A DNA stretch of 64,000 bases from an uncultured Thermoplasmata archaeon (GCA_963768855.1 CAVYJM010000006.1:1-64000), one strand, 5' to 3'; shown: positions 32,795-42,387, counted from the first letter of the stretch. Numbers and translations: made by a program. The notes: generated by a model from the sequence alone, not told the origin.

Positions 32795-33988
32795 ATGGCT
32801 AGGCCGCTCGACGCAAATATCGTGACCGCGCAGGCCGATGGCGGGCGCATCGCCGCAAACATCCTGGGCTTCGCGCGGGTGCTGCGCTCGGCCGGGATGC
32901 CAATCGGCACGCAAAAGGCGCTTGAGGCCGTGGATGCGGTGGTCGCGGCCGGCCTCACCGACCCGAAGATCTTCTACTGGACTTTGCACGCCGTTTTCGT
33001 GAGCCGTCCCAACGAACGCGAGATCTTCAACCAAGCCTTCCACCTGATCTGGCGCGATCCGGGCTACATCCAGCAGCTTCTGTCGGTGATGGTGCCGAAT
33101 TTGCGCAATTCGGGCGCGCCGCGTGACGCCATGGCGCGGCGGCTGGCGGACAGCCTGTTCCTCCGCCAGGGGGCCGAGCACGCCGTCGAGCGCGATGAAA
33201 TGCAGATCGATGCGAGCGGCTCGGCAAGCGAGCTTGAGGTGCTCGCCTCGAAGGACTTCGAGCAGATGACCGCGGATGAGCTTCGGCTTGCCCGTGCCGC
33301 CATGGCGGATTTGGCGCAGCGTCTCGCCAAGCGCAACACGCGCCGGTTCTCGCTGGGCGGCACCGGCGGCGGAAGGCGGCTGGACCTGCGGCGCATGTTG
33401 CGGCAGGCCGGCTCGCGCGGCCCGGAGGCCATGCTGCCCCTGTTCAAGGAACGGCAGCGGCGCGCGCCCCCGCTCGTGGTGATGTGCGATATCTCCGGCT
33501 CGATGGACAGCTACGCCCGCGTGTTCCTGCATTTTCTCTACGCGCTTATCAACGGCGGCGAGCGCGTGCACGCCTTCCTGTTCGGAACGCGGCTCACCAA
33601 CGTGACGCGCATCTTGCGCGACCGCGATCCCGACACCGCGATGGCCAAGGCGACCGGCACGGTTCACGACTGGTCCGGCGGCACGCGCATCGGCGAAAGC
33701 CTCCACACCTTCAACAAAATCTGGGCGCGGCGGGTGCTCGGACAGAACGCCACCGTGCTGCTGTTCACCGATGGCCTCGACCGCTCCGGCGGCGAAGGCA
33801 TTTCGCGCGAGGCCCGGCGGCTCAGCGCTTCCTGCCGGCGCCTCATCTGGGTCAATCCGCTGTTGCGCTACGACGGCTACGCGCCGTTGGCCGCCGGCGC
33901 CGCCGAACTCGACCGCTATGTGAGCGAGATGCGTCCCTGCCACAATTTGAAGAGCGTCGCGGGCCTTGCCGCCGCCCTGGCCGGTTAA
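32795..33988 (+). CDS. coxE: CoxE-like VWA-domain protein
   Basis: F.RVLR..G...G, RLDLRR.LR, MIDAS VMCDISGSM, WSGGTRIG, LFTDGLD, WVNPL. Confidence 0.9.
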   Translation: MARPLDANIVTAQADGGRIAANILGFARVLRSAGMPIGTQKALEAVDAVVAAGLTDPKIFYWTLHAVFVSRPNEREIFNQAFHLIWRDPGYIQQLLSVMVPNLRNSGAPRDAMARRLADSLFLRQGAEHAVERDEMQIDASGSASELEVLASKDFEQMTADELRLARAAMADLAQRLAKRNTRRFSLGGTGGGRRLDLRRMLRQAGSRGPEAMLPLFKERQRRAPPLVVMCDISGSMDSYARVFLHFLYALINGGERVHAFLFGTRLTNVTRILRDRDPDTAMAKATGTVHDWSGGTRIGESLHTFNKIWARRVLGQNATVLLFTDGLDRSGGEGISREARRLSASCRRLIWVNPLLRYDGYAPLAAGAAELDRYVSEMRPCHNLKSVAGLAAALAG

Positions 33989-34009
33989 GGGATCGAGACC
34001 AATCCGCAT

Positions 34010-34116
34010 CGTCATCCCGGAAACGCCGAAGGCGCTATCCGGGATCTTTAAAGCGGCGCTTTTTGCGATCCGCGTCTGCGCACCAGCATTTCATGCTGCA
34101 ACGCGCACGGGATGAC
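34010..34116. repeat. CGTC-tagged palindrome (family B, copy 4)
   Basis: CGTCATCCCGGAAACGCCGAAGGCGCTATCCGGGATC ... CACGGGATGAC. Confidence 0.78.
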
Positions 34117-34283
34117 ACCGGCGGATCGGCGCCCGCGCCTGCAAATGGCTTATCGCCTCTCCCTCTGAGTAATAATTAGCGCCAGATGCCGGGCATTTGA
34201 GCCGTCGCGTTAGCGGATATCTTAGGCTTGACCACTCATTATGCTCGCGGATTAATCTTCCGGCACCAAGCAAGACGGCCAAG

Positions 34284-35534
34284 ATGAAAATGGCGGCAAT
34301 TCAAGGCGATGACAGCACTGTCCTGGACAAGGAAGTTCCATTTCGATTTGGCGAGCTGTTCTTTTCGAGGACGGACGAAAGAGGGCGTATACTTTCCGGC
34401 AATAGTGTCTTTCAAAAGATAAGCCATTACTCCTGGGACGAATTAATCGATAAGCCGCATAACATCATCCGGCATCCGGACATGCCGAGAGCGGTCTTCT
34501 GGCTTTTGTGGGACACCATTAAGCGAGGCGAGCCCATAGGCGCCTACGTCAAGAATAGAGCGAAGGACGGCCGGTATTATTGGGTTTTCGCTATCGTGAC
34601 CCCGGACGAAGGCGGTTATCTTTCGGTCCGCCTGAAACCCAGCAGTCCAGTGTTTGAGCTTGTCGAGCAGGAATACCGGGCGCTTGCCGAAGCGGAAGCC
34701 GGCGGGCAGCTCAAGCCCGCGGCCAGCGGGAAGATTTTGCTCGACAGGATCGTTCAACTTGGCTTCCGCGATTATGCCGCGTTTATGTCAGCCGCGCTGG
34801 CACAGGAAATTCAGGCGCGCGACCGGCACCTCGATAGAGTGCCCGATCCGGCAATCCCCCGCTTCGAAGCGCTCGGAAGCGCGGCGCAGAACTTATTGAA
34901 ACAAGCGGAAATTATATCCGATAACTACGCCATGAGCCGGTATATTCCGCTGAACCTTCGCGTTCAGGCGGCCCAGCTCGGAGAGACGGCCGCCACTATC
35001 GGCGTTATTTCCGTTAATTACAGTATTATCTCTGCCGAAATAAAGACCTTGATGGATGAGCTTGTGGCTTCGGCGCAGAAGGTGGCGGATGCCGTTAGCA
35101 AGGGGCTGTTTCTGTTCTGTACCGCGCGGTTGCAACAGGAAACCGTGGGGTTTTTCCGGGCAGAGTCGTCGTCTGGCGGCGAGACTTTTCAAAATGAAAT
35201 GGTTCATCTTGAGCGGCAATGCAAAGCCTATTCGCAAAGTGCGGCCGATGGACTTCGCATCATGGCCGAGCAGTCTGAACGTTTCCATCAATCCTGCGCT
35301 GAAATGCAAAAGCTGGCCGCCGGTTTGGAGGTCACGCGGGTCATGGCGAACATAGAAAGCGCCCGGCTGAGTGCGGCTCACGGTGGTTTGAACGCCTTAT
35401 CGGCCAGCCTTGCACAATTCCAGGCGTCGATATCGAGCGGCTTGAGCGAGATCGCCAGCCAGAGCCGGTTTATCCAGGTAAATACTCAAAAGCTCATCGA
35501 TTTCGCAGGGCACGGAGATTGTGGCGCGGACTGA
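34284..35534 (+). CDS. Aer-type PAS protein with a degenerate MCP-like coiled-coil region
   Basis: FFSRTD..G.I...N..F..IS.Y...EL..KPHNIIRHPDMP..VF..LW.TI..G...YVKN..KDG.YYWV; no transmembrane segment evident. Confidence 0.8.
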   Translation: MKMAAIQGDDSTVLDKEVPFRFGELFFSRTDERGRILSGNSVFQKISHYSWDELIDKPHNIIRHPDMPRAVFWLLWDTIKRGEPIGAYVKNRAKDGRYYWVFAIVTPDEGGYLSVRLKPSSPVFELVEQEYRALAEAEAGGQLKPAASGKILLDRIVQLGFRDYAAFMSAALAQEIQARDRHLDRVPDPAIPRFEALGSAAQNLLKQAEIISDNYAMSRYIPLNLRVQAAQLGETAATIGVISVNYSIISAEIKTLMDELVASAQKVADAVSKGLFLFCTARLQQETVGFFRAESSSGGETFQNEMVHLERQCKAYSQSAADGLRIMAEQSERFHQSCAEMQKLAAGLEVTRVMANIESARLSAAHGGLNALSASLAQFQASISSGLSEIASQSRFIQVNTQKLIDFAGHGDCGAD

Positions 35535-35580
35535 GCGGTAATCGGTGCATTACGCCAAATCCCGGTTGAATGGTTCGGCA

Positions 35581-35690
35581 AAAGACCCCCTCACTCTGTC
35601 TCTCTCCCCGCCAGCTCGCAAAGGCGAGCTGGCATCTCAGCGTGGCCGCATCCGCAAGCGGATGCGGCTGGGAGAGAGGACCCCAGAATA
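35581..35690. repeat. Family A repeat, copy 5 (degenerate right half) with nested cassette (35610-35668)
   Basis: AGACCCCCTCACTCTGTCTCTCTCCCC-[GCCAGCTCGCAAAGGCGAGCTGGC-ATCTCAGCGTG-GCCGCATCCGCAAGCGGATGCGGC]-TGGGAGAGAGG. Confidence 0.8.
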
Positions 35691-35844
35691 TCCGCAGCGG
35701 ACAATTCTGGCGTCCCTTCTCCGTCCGCATCCTCAAGCGGGCGATACTAGAGAGGAGCTCGCCAGGCGACTGCTGGAGGGCGGTGCGTTTTGCGAACCAT
35801 TCAACCGGGATCTGGCAATTGGCGCCAATAGCCTTGATCTTGCG

Positions 35845-36927
35845 TCAGAATAGCTCGATGTCCGCACTTGATGTGCTCTTCGACGCCGTCAGGCCCTCAA
35901 GCTGCATCGCGGCCGCGAAACGGTCGCGCATTTCGCCCAGGGAGAAGGTGCCCGCCACCTCGCGAAGGAGGCCATCCCCCGCCTGCGAAGCGGCAGATCC
36001 AGCCGGGGACGGCATCCGCGACGCGATCGAAGCGGAGGAGTGCCCGAGGACGGCAAGGGCTCCGTTAACGTTTTGGATGCGCTGCATCACCCTGTCCTGG
36101 AACTGCATGCCGACGATGGCGCCGCTGACCGCTTGCTCCATTTCTTGCGAGGAGTTTGCGGTCTTGTTCAAGGCGTCCGCGATGGTCGCATTTTGATCCA
36201 CAAGGCAGCTCATCATGGCCTTGATGCGGGCTTGCGCGTTCACGTTCTCCTCCGACATCTCGATCGTCGAGATCTCCTTGAGAAGATTGCCGCCGCGCTG
36301 GACCCCGTCGGATACGGTTAGAATCTGCTTCTTCACCGTGTCCGAGAGTGTGTTGACCGCGCCGGCCAGATCGCCGATCTCGGTCGCCACCACGGCAAAG
36401 CCGCGGCCCGCGGCGCCTGCGCGTGCCGCTTCGATTTTCGCGTTGAGAGAAAGCAACTTCGTCTGCTTGTTGATTCTTTCGATTTGGGTGATCGAAGCGT
36501 GCATGGACCTGATCTCGGCCTGCACATCTCCCAGCGCATGGCTCATGGCGACGCTGCGGGTGGTAAGCTGGTTGATCTTTTCCACGAGTTCCGTGAGCGT
36601 TTGGGACAGGCTGGCCGAAAGGTCCGCGAGGGGAATGCTTTCGCCGTCGAGTTCGATCTTTTGAACGGACGACATCAACCCTTGCACCGTTTCGGTCTGC
36701 GCCCGTGCCGCCGCGGCCATATTTTGAAACTTGGCGGCAAGCTCGTGGATGTGCGTCTCTATGTCATGCGAGGTAAGGGTGAGTTCGCCAGACAGCGTTT
36801 CGATAGCCCTGCTCTGTGCGATGGCAAGTCCAGCACAATCGGGGGTGAGAGCATCCGGCACGGAAATACTTTGTGAAAGGCCGCCTCTGTCCGCCTTCCC
36901 AAACACATTTTTCAGCATTGCATTCAT
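35845..36927 (-). CDS. Soluble methyl-accepting chemotaxis protein lacking a sensor domain, with a C-terminal QFQD motif
   Basis: Tip QTKLLSLNAKIEAARAGAAGRGFAVVA; no transmembrane segment; ends DIELF. Confidence 0.88.
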   Translation of the reverse strand: MNAMLKNVFGKADRGGLSQSISVPDALTPDCAGLAIAQSRAIETLSGELTLTSHDIETHIHELAAKFQNMAAAARAQTETVQGLMSSVQKIELDGESIPLADLSASLSQTLTELVEKINQLTTRSVAMSHALGDVQAEIRSMHASITQIERINKQTKLLSLNAKIEAARAGAAGRGFAVVATEIGDLAGAVNTLSDTVKKQILTVSDGVQRGGNLLKEISTIEMSEENVNAQARIKAMMSCLVDQNATIADALNKTANSSQEMEQAVSGAIVGMQFQDRVMQRIQNVNGALAVLGHSSASIASRMPSPAGSAASQAGDGLLREVAGTFSLGEMRDRFAAAMQLEGLTASKSTSSADIELF

Positions 36928-37112
36928 TGGCGGCTTCTTCTTTTCGTTTGACTAAGCGCACATTCGCTGGCTGCCCGGCGAATGTGCGCTCAAAATCCTA
37001 TGTTTTCGCAAAGTTTTTCTCCTAAAACCGGCGGCCATCCCGTTTTCACGGGGACAGGCTTTTGGGGAAACTCTGCTTGGGAAGGGAGGTTTTTGGCGTC
37101 CCTTCCCGCCGG

Positions 37113-38183
37113 TTAAATCCGGGTCGCCCGCTTGCCGCCATCCGCGGTAAGGTTCAAGATTTCCTGAGCCATTTTGGTAAGTGGCACCTCGGCTTCGACC
37201 GCGCCAAGCTCCTGCGCCGCCTTCGGCATGCCGTAGACCACGCAGCTGGGTTCATCCTGGCCGAGTGTGTGGGCGCCGCTCTTGCGCATGGCGAGCAGGC
37301 CGCCGGCGCCGTCCTTGCCCATTCCGGTCAAGATGACGCCAATGGCGTTCTTTCCGGCCGATTCCGCCGCCGAGTGAAACAGCACGTCGACCGAAGGGCA
37401 ATGGCCGCTCACACGCTCGGTCCCTTTCACGGTGCAAACATAGTTTGCGCCGGAGCGGCCGAGGCGAAGATGCTTGTCTCCCGGGGCGATGTAGGCATGA
37501 CCCGGCAACACCCGCTCCCCGTCCCGGGCTTCCGAGACCCGGATCGCCGCCGTATTGTCCAGCCGCCGGGCGAAGCTTGCCGTGAATTGCTCCGGCATAT
37601 GCTGTGTAACGAGGATCGCGGGGCTGTCCGAAGGCATATGAAGGATCACTTCGTTGAGGGCTTCCACGCCGCCAGTGGAAGCGCCGATCACGATCACCTT
37701 CTCGGTCGAGGAATAACTGGGAGGCCGTTTTGCCATGGCGCCTCCTTCCGCCGGTAGCTGAGCCCGCCTGTGCACATGCGCATGGGCGGCGGACTTCACC
37801 TTTGCGACAATTTCCGCCTGCTTTGCCAGTAAGCCGGACTGCAAGTTTATCGCTGGCTTGGCGATGAAATCCACGGCGCCTAGTTCGAGCGCCCGCAGCG
37901 TGGCCTCCGCGCCTTCCTGGGTCAGCGAGGAAATCATGACCACGGGCATCGGGCGCAGCGCCATGAGCTTTTCGAGAAAGGAAATACCGTCCATGCGCGG
38001 CATCTCGATGTCGAGGGTGAGCACGTCCGGGTTCAGCTGCTTGATCTTATCGCGCGCGACGATCGGGTCGGGGACCGCGCCCACAACCTCGATTTCGGGG
38101 TCGGAGGACAGCATGCTGCTGATCAGCTCCCGCATCAGGGCGGAATTGTCGGCTATGAGAACGCGGATTGGCTTCTGACTCAC
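37113..38183 (-). CDS. cheB: Chemotaxis response regulator methylesterase
   Basis: REC domain (VLTLDIEMP), IGASTGG, TQHMP, HCPSVDVLF, ILTGMGKDGA. GTG start at 38183. Confidence 0.96.
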   Translation of the reverse strand: MSQKPIRVLIADNSALMRELISSMLSSDPEIEVVGAVPDPIVARDKIKQLNPDVLTLDIEMPRMDGISFLEKLMALRPMPVVMISSLTQEGAEATLRALELGAVDFIAKPAINLQSGLLAKQAEIVAKVKSAAHAHVHRRAQLPAEGGAMAKRPPSYSSTEKVIVIGASTGGVEALNEVILHMPSDSPAILVTQHMPEQFTASFARRLDNTAAIRVSEARDGERVLPGHAYIAPGDKHLRLGRSGANYVCTVKGTERVSGHCPSVDVLFHSAAESAGKNAIGVILTGMGKDGAGGLLAMRKSGAHTLGQDEPSCVVYGMPKAAQELGAVEAEVPLTKMAQEILNLTADGGKRATRI

Positions 38184-38193
38184 TTGGTGACCC

Positions 38194-38835
38194 TCAATCG
38201 AAAAGCTGAATGGAGCCTTCTTCCGGCACCGCCCGCAGTGATGCCTGGTACCGGCGCTCCTCCTCCTCGGCGCGCTTTTCACTCGCCCCAATGAGAAATA
38301 ACCGCCTAACCTTACCGCTAGCTGGGTGATAATGGATGCGGCGGCCATACCCGCCGCCAAGATCGGCGGCGACGACCCGCAAGCCCTCGTTGGCCAGGTA
38401 GCGCAGAACGAAATCGCTGTTCTTCTTGCCAATCATGGCCGGTCCCTGGGTAAAGTTGGCGCCGCCGAAGAGCTTGATCTCCAGACGCGAACGCGGACAA
38501 CCCATGCCCAGAACCGAGTTGATTAGCATTTCCATCGCGAAATTGCCGTAGAGCGTCGCGGAGCTGCACGGGTTGGTGTTCGACAGGCCGGTCTCGCTTT
38601 CGGGCAGCATGAAATGGTTCATGCCTCCCACCCCTGTGAAGGGGTCCCGGACACAGGCGGCGATGCAGGAGCCGAGGATGGTGACGATCGTTTCCTTGGG
38701 ATCGTCCGTCGTATGGGTTTCGCCCGGCAGCAGGCGGGTCATGAAGTCGCCGGTTTCCTTGTTGTAAAGTCGCCGCGACAGGGCAGCCGGTCCGAGTTCG
38801 TGCGGCAATACCGCTTTTCTGCGGAGCGATGTCAT
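38194..38835 (-). CDS. cheD: Chemoreceptor glutamine deamidase
   Basis: TILGSCIAAC..D....GGMNHFMLP, YG.FAME.LIN, IKLFGGA, DLGG..GR.I. Confidence 0.94.
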   Translation of the reverse strand: MTSLRRKAVLPHELGPAALSRRLYNKETGDFMTRLLPGETHTTDDPKETIVTILGSCIAACVRDPFTGVGGMNHFMLPESETGLSNTNPCSSATLYGNFAMEMLINSVLGMGCPRSRLEIKLFGGANFTQGPAMIGKKNSDFVLRYLANEGLRVVAADLGGGYGRRIHYHPASGKVRRLFLIGASEKRAEEEERRYQASLRAVPEEGSIQLFD

Positions 38836-39710
38836 GCGCCGGTCTTCCGATAGATGGTGTGCCCGCTCAGCTGGAAGCGGTGGTATTGATCGAGAAGCGA
38901 TTCGGAGTGGCCCACATAGAGCCAGCCGCCGCTCTTGAGCATTGAATGAAGGCGTTCGATGAGCTTGGCCTTCGTGTCGGCGTCGAAGTAGATCATCACG
39001 TTCCGGCAGAAGATCGCGTCGAACGGCCCCTTCATCGGCCACGATCCAAGCAGATTGAGCTGCTTGAACGTGACCAGGGCCTGAACGGCCGGTGCGAGGC
39101 GGACGCCGCCGGCGCTGGATTCGAAGCTGGACTCGCGCATCGCTGCCGGCACTTCTCCAAGCCCGGAAGACGGATATTGGCCCGTCATGGCCTTATGCAG
39201 CACCGAAGTGTCGAGATCGGTGGCAAGCACCCGGAAATCCCACTCGCGGCCGGCTTCCCGCCGGGAGGCCATGGCCGTCATCGCGATGGAGTATGGCTCC
39301 TCTCCGGTGGAGCATGCCGCGGACCAAATCCTGACACGCGGCTTTTCCGCCCGCGCGGTTTTCCAGATGTCCGCAAGCACGGTCTTCTGAAGGTGCTCGA
39401 AATGATGGGACTCGCGGAAGAATTTCGTGAGGTTGGTGGTGATGGCGTTGATCAAGGAGCCGATTTCATCCGCTCCCGAAGCGTCGTTCAGCAACGCGCA
39501 ATATTCACGGAAGGAGCCAAGCCGCAAGGCGCGCAGGCGCCTCGTAAGCCGCGAGTAAACCATGTGGCGCTTGTGCGGGCCAAGGACGATGCCGCTGCGC
39601 TCGTAAACGAGTGCGGCTATGATCTTGAACTCCGCTTCGCTGAACGGAAACTCAAGGTCGCCGCTGGGGTCTGGCGTAGAGGCTTGCAGGGACATGGACG
39701 TCACACTCAT
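38832..39710 (-). CDS. cheR: Chemotaxis methyltransferase
   Basis: TTNLTKFFRE.HHF, IWSAACSTGEEPYS, FDAIFCRNVMIYFD, GHSES. Confidence 0.96.
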   Translation of the reverse strand: MSVTSMSLQASTPDPSGDLEFPFSEAEFKIIAALVYERSGIVLGPHKRHMVYSRLTRRLRALRLGSFREYCALLNDASGADEIGSLINAITTNLTKFFRESHHFEHLQKTVLADIWKTARAEKPRVRIWSAACSTGEEPYSIAMTAMASRREAGREWDFRVLATDLDTSVLHKAMTGQYPSSGLGEVPAAMRESSFESSAGGVRLAPAVQALVTFKQLNLLGSWPMKGPFDAIFCRNVMIYFDADTKAKLIERLHSMLKSGGWLYVGHSESLLDQYHRFQLSGHTIYRKTGA

Positions 39711-39780
39711 CGCAGGGGAAGAGGAGAAACTTTCGTTTCCCCGAACAGGCATCTATCCGATCTGGACGGGAGCGGCTTAA

Positions 39781-39927
39781 GACCCCCTCACCCTGTCCCT
39801 CTCCCCGTTGGGGCGAGGGGACGCCAGAATGGTCCTCTCACCTTGGATGAAGGGCCGCAGCCTGACTCCCTCTCCCATCCATATCCGCTAGCGGATATGG
39901 ATGGGAGAGGGCTGGGGTGAGGGGGAC
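39781..39927. repeat. Family A repeat, copy 6, inside the che operon, with a 22-bp hairpin in the second loop
   Basis: GACCCCCTCACCCTGTCCCTCTCCCC ... CCCTCTCCCAT-[CCATATCCGCTAGCGGATATGG]-ATGGGAGAGGG...GGGTGAGGGGG. Confidence 0.85.
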
Positions 39928-39958
39928 TTCCCGCGATTCCAGAAGCTCTGGACAAACT

Positions 39959-42387
39959 CTAAAACTCCTTCCAGTCGTGTTCCGGCTCGCCCTTCGCTAC
40001 GAAGGCGGCTGCCGGGACGGCCATGCCATTGCGGCCGCTCGAAGTGCGCCCTCCGTTGGACTTGGGAGCCGCCGCGGCGATGGGCTTCCTGGCCTGGGCG
40101 CCTTGAGCCGGGCGCTTGGCCGGCGCGGGCTTCTCCGCGGAGGCCGCTTCCTCGTCGATCTCGAAGGCGGACATCTTCTCGTACATGCCCTGCGCTTCGT
40201 CCTGGAGGGTCCGGCTCGCGGCAGCGCTTTCCTCGACAAGGGCGCCGTTCTGCTGCGTCATCTGATCCATCTGCGTAACGGCTCTGTTGATCTCCTCAAC
40301 GCCGGCCGCTTGCTCTTTGCTTGCCGCCGCGATCTCCGCCACGATGTCGGCGACGCGGTTGATGGAGGTGACGATCTCGCCAAGCGAGGACGCCGGCATT
40401 ACCGACGAGCTTGACGCCTTCCTTGACCTGGCGTCCGCTCTCGCCGATCAAGCCCTTGATGTCTTTCGCCGCAACCGAGGTCCGCTGTGCGAGCGAGCGC
40501 ACTTCGGAGGCAACCACGGTGAAGCCCTTGCCGGCATCGCCCGCTCGCGCCGCTTCGACCGCGGCGTTGAGCGCCAGGAGGTTCGTCTGGAAGGCGATCT
40601 CGTCGATCACGCTGATGATCTCCGAAATCTTGTCGGAGGACCGCTCGATGCGCTCCATCGCTTCCACGGCTCTGCTGACGACCGAGCCGCCGTCCGTCGC
40701 AACGGAGCGGGCGTTGACGGCAAGCTGATTGGCCTGCTGCGCATTGTCGGCGTTCTGCTTCACGGTGGCGGCCATCTCCTCCATGGACGCGGCGGTTTCC
40801 TCCAGGTTGGAGGCTTGCTGCTCGGTCCTCTGGGCGAGGTCGTTGGTCCCGCTTGCAATTTCGGCGGCGGCTGAGGACACGGTCGCCGAGGACTGCATCA
40901 TCATTCCAACCACGCCCGACATCGTATCGAGAAGGCCGTTCACGCCGGTGCACAGTTTCTCGATGTCGCCTGTCTTGCCCTCCATCGGGATGCGCTGGGT
41001 GAGGTTGTTTTGCTGTGCCGCTTCGACTGCCTCCTGGGTCTGCTGCACCGCCTGCTGCAGCTCTGCCTGTGCCCGCAGCTCGGCTTCCTTCTGCACCGTG
41101 ATGTCGGTCGCGTATTTGATGACCTTATAGGGGGTGCCATTTACATCGAAGATCGGGTTATAGCTCGCCTGCAGCCATACCTCGCGGCCTCCCTTGGCGA
41201 TACGCTTGTATTGGCCCGCATCGAACTCGCCGCGCCCGAGCTTGTCCCAGAACTGGCGATATTCGGGCGAGTTCCTGAAGGAATGCCTCCGCGAACATGC
41301 TATGGTGCTTGCCCTTGATCTCATTCAAGGAATAGCCCATGGCGCTGAGGAAATTCTCGTTCGCGGTAATAATGGTGCCGTCGAGCTTGAATTCGATGAC
41401 CGCCTGCGTCCTGTGGATCGCGTCGATCTCGCCCTTCGCCTTGACGTTCGCTTCCTCAAGCTCAAGCTCGGCCAGCTTCTGCGCTGTGATGTCGGTCGCG
41501 TACTTGATGACCTTGTAAGGCTTGCCGTTTCCATCGAAGATGGGATTGTAGCTCGCCTGAAGCCAAACCTCGCGGCCGCCCCTGGCGATGCGCTTGTATT
41601 GGCCGGCATCGAACTCGCCGCGGCCGAGCTTGTCCCAGAACATGCGGTATTCGGGCGAATTCCTGAAGGAAGGCTCCACGAACATGCTGTGGTGCTGACC
41701 ACCGATCTCGTTCAGGGTGTATCCCAGGGAATGGAGGAAATTCTCGTTCGCTGTAATAATGGTGCCGTCGAGCTTGAACTCGATGACGGCTTGCGCCCTG
41801 TCGATGGCGTCGATCACGCCCTTGGCATTGGTGGTGAGTTCGCGCAGCTCGGTGACATCGTGCCACTCGAAAACGTTGCCGTTATAGACGCCGTTCGCGT
41901 CGTAGGTCGCGCTCGCGCAAAGAGCGAAGGTCAGCGGACCCAAATGAATGTCGGCGCGGTGCGGGAGGTTGGAGGGATCGGCAAGAATTCGGCGCTGCTT
42001 GGAAGGGTCTTTGTGGAAGACATCGATGCAGACGCCGATCAAATTATCGGGGTCGAAATCCCGGGTCAGCTTCTGGAAATGCTCGCGGTGCTTTTTCAAA
42101 AGGGCCGTGGCTGCCTCGTTTGCATAGGTGATCTTGAGGTCCCGGTCGATTAGCATGGTCGGGCTCGACGCGACATCGAGGGCCCTGCGCAGCTGCTCGT
42201 TGAACTGGCGCGTTTTGGCGTCCGCCGAGCCGTTTTGTGCGGCCTTTGCCGCGGGCTTGCGCACTGGAGCTTTCGCCGGGCTGCCTTGCGCGGCCTTTGC
42301 CGCGGGTTTGCGCACTGGAGCGTCTGGCGAGCCGGTTTGCGCGGCCTTGGTCTGTGGCTTGCGCGCTTTTGGTGCAGATTGAGACAT
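39959..42387 (-). CDS. Soluble MCP with three PAS domains and a C-terminal DWKEF pentapeptide (indels near 41290 and 40395)
   Basis: PAS1 IDVFHKDP...EW (Aer2-like), two near-identical PAS domains, HAMP-like linker, [17 protein letters not shown] tip. Confidence 0.9.
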
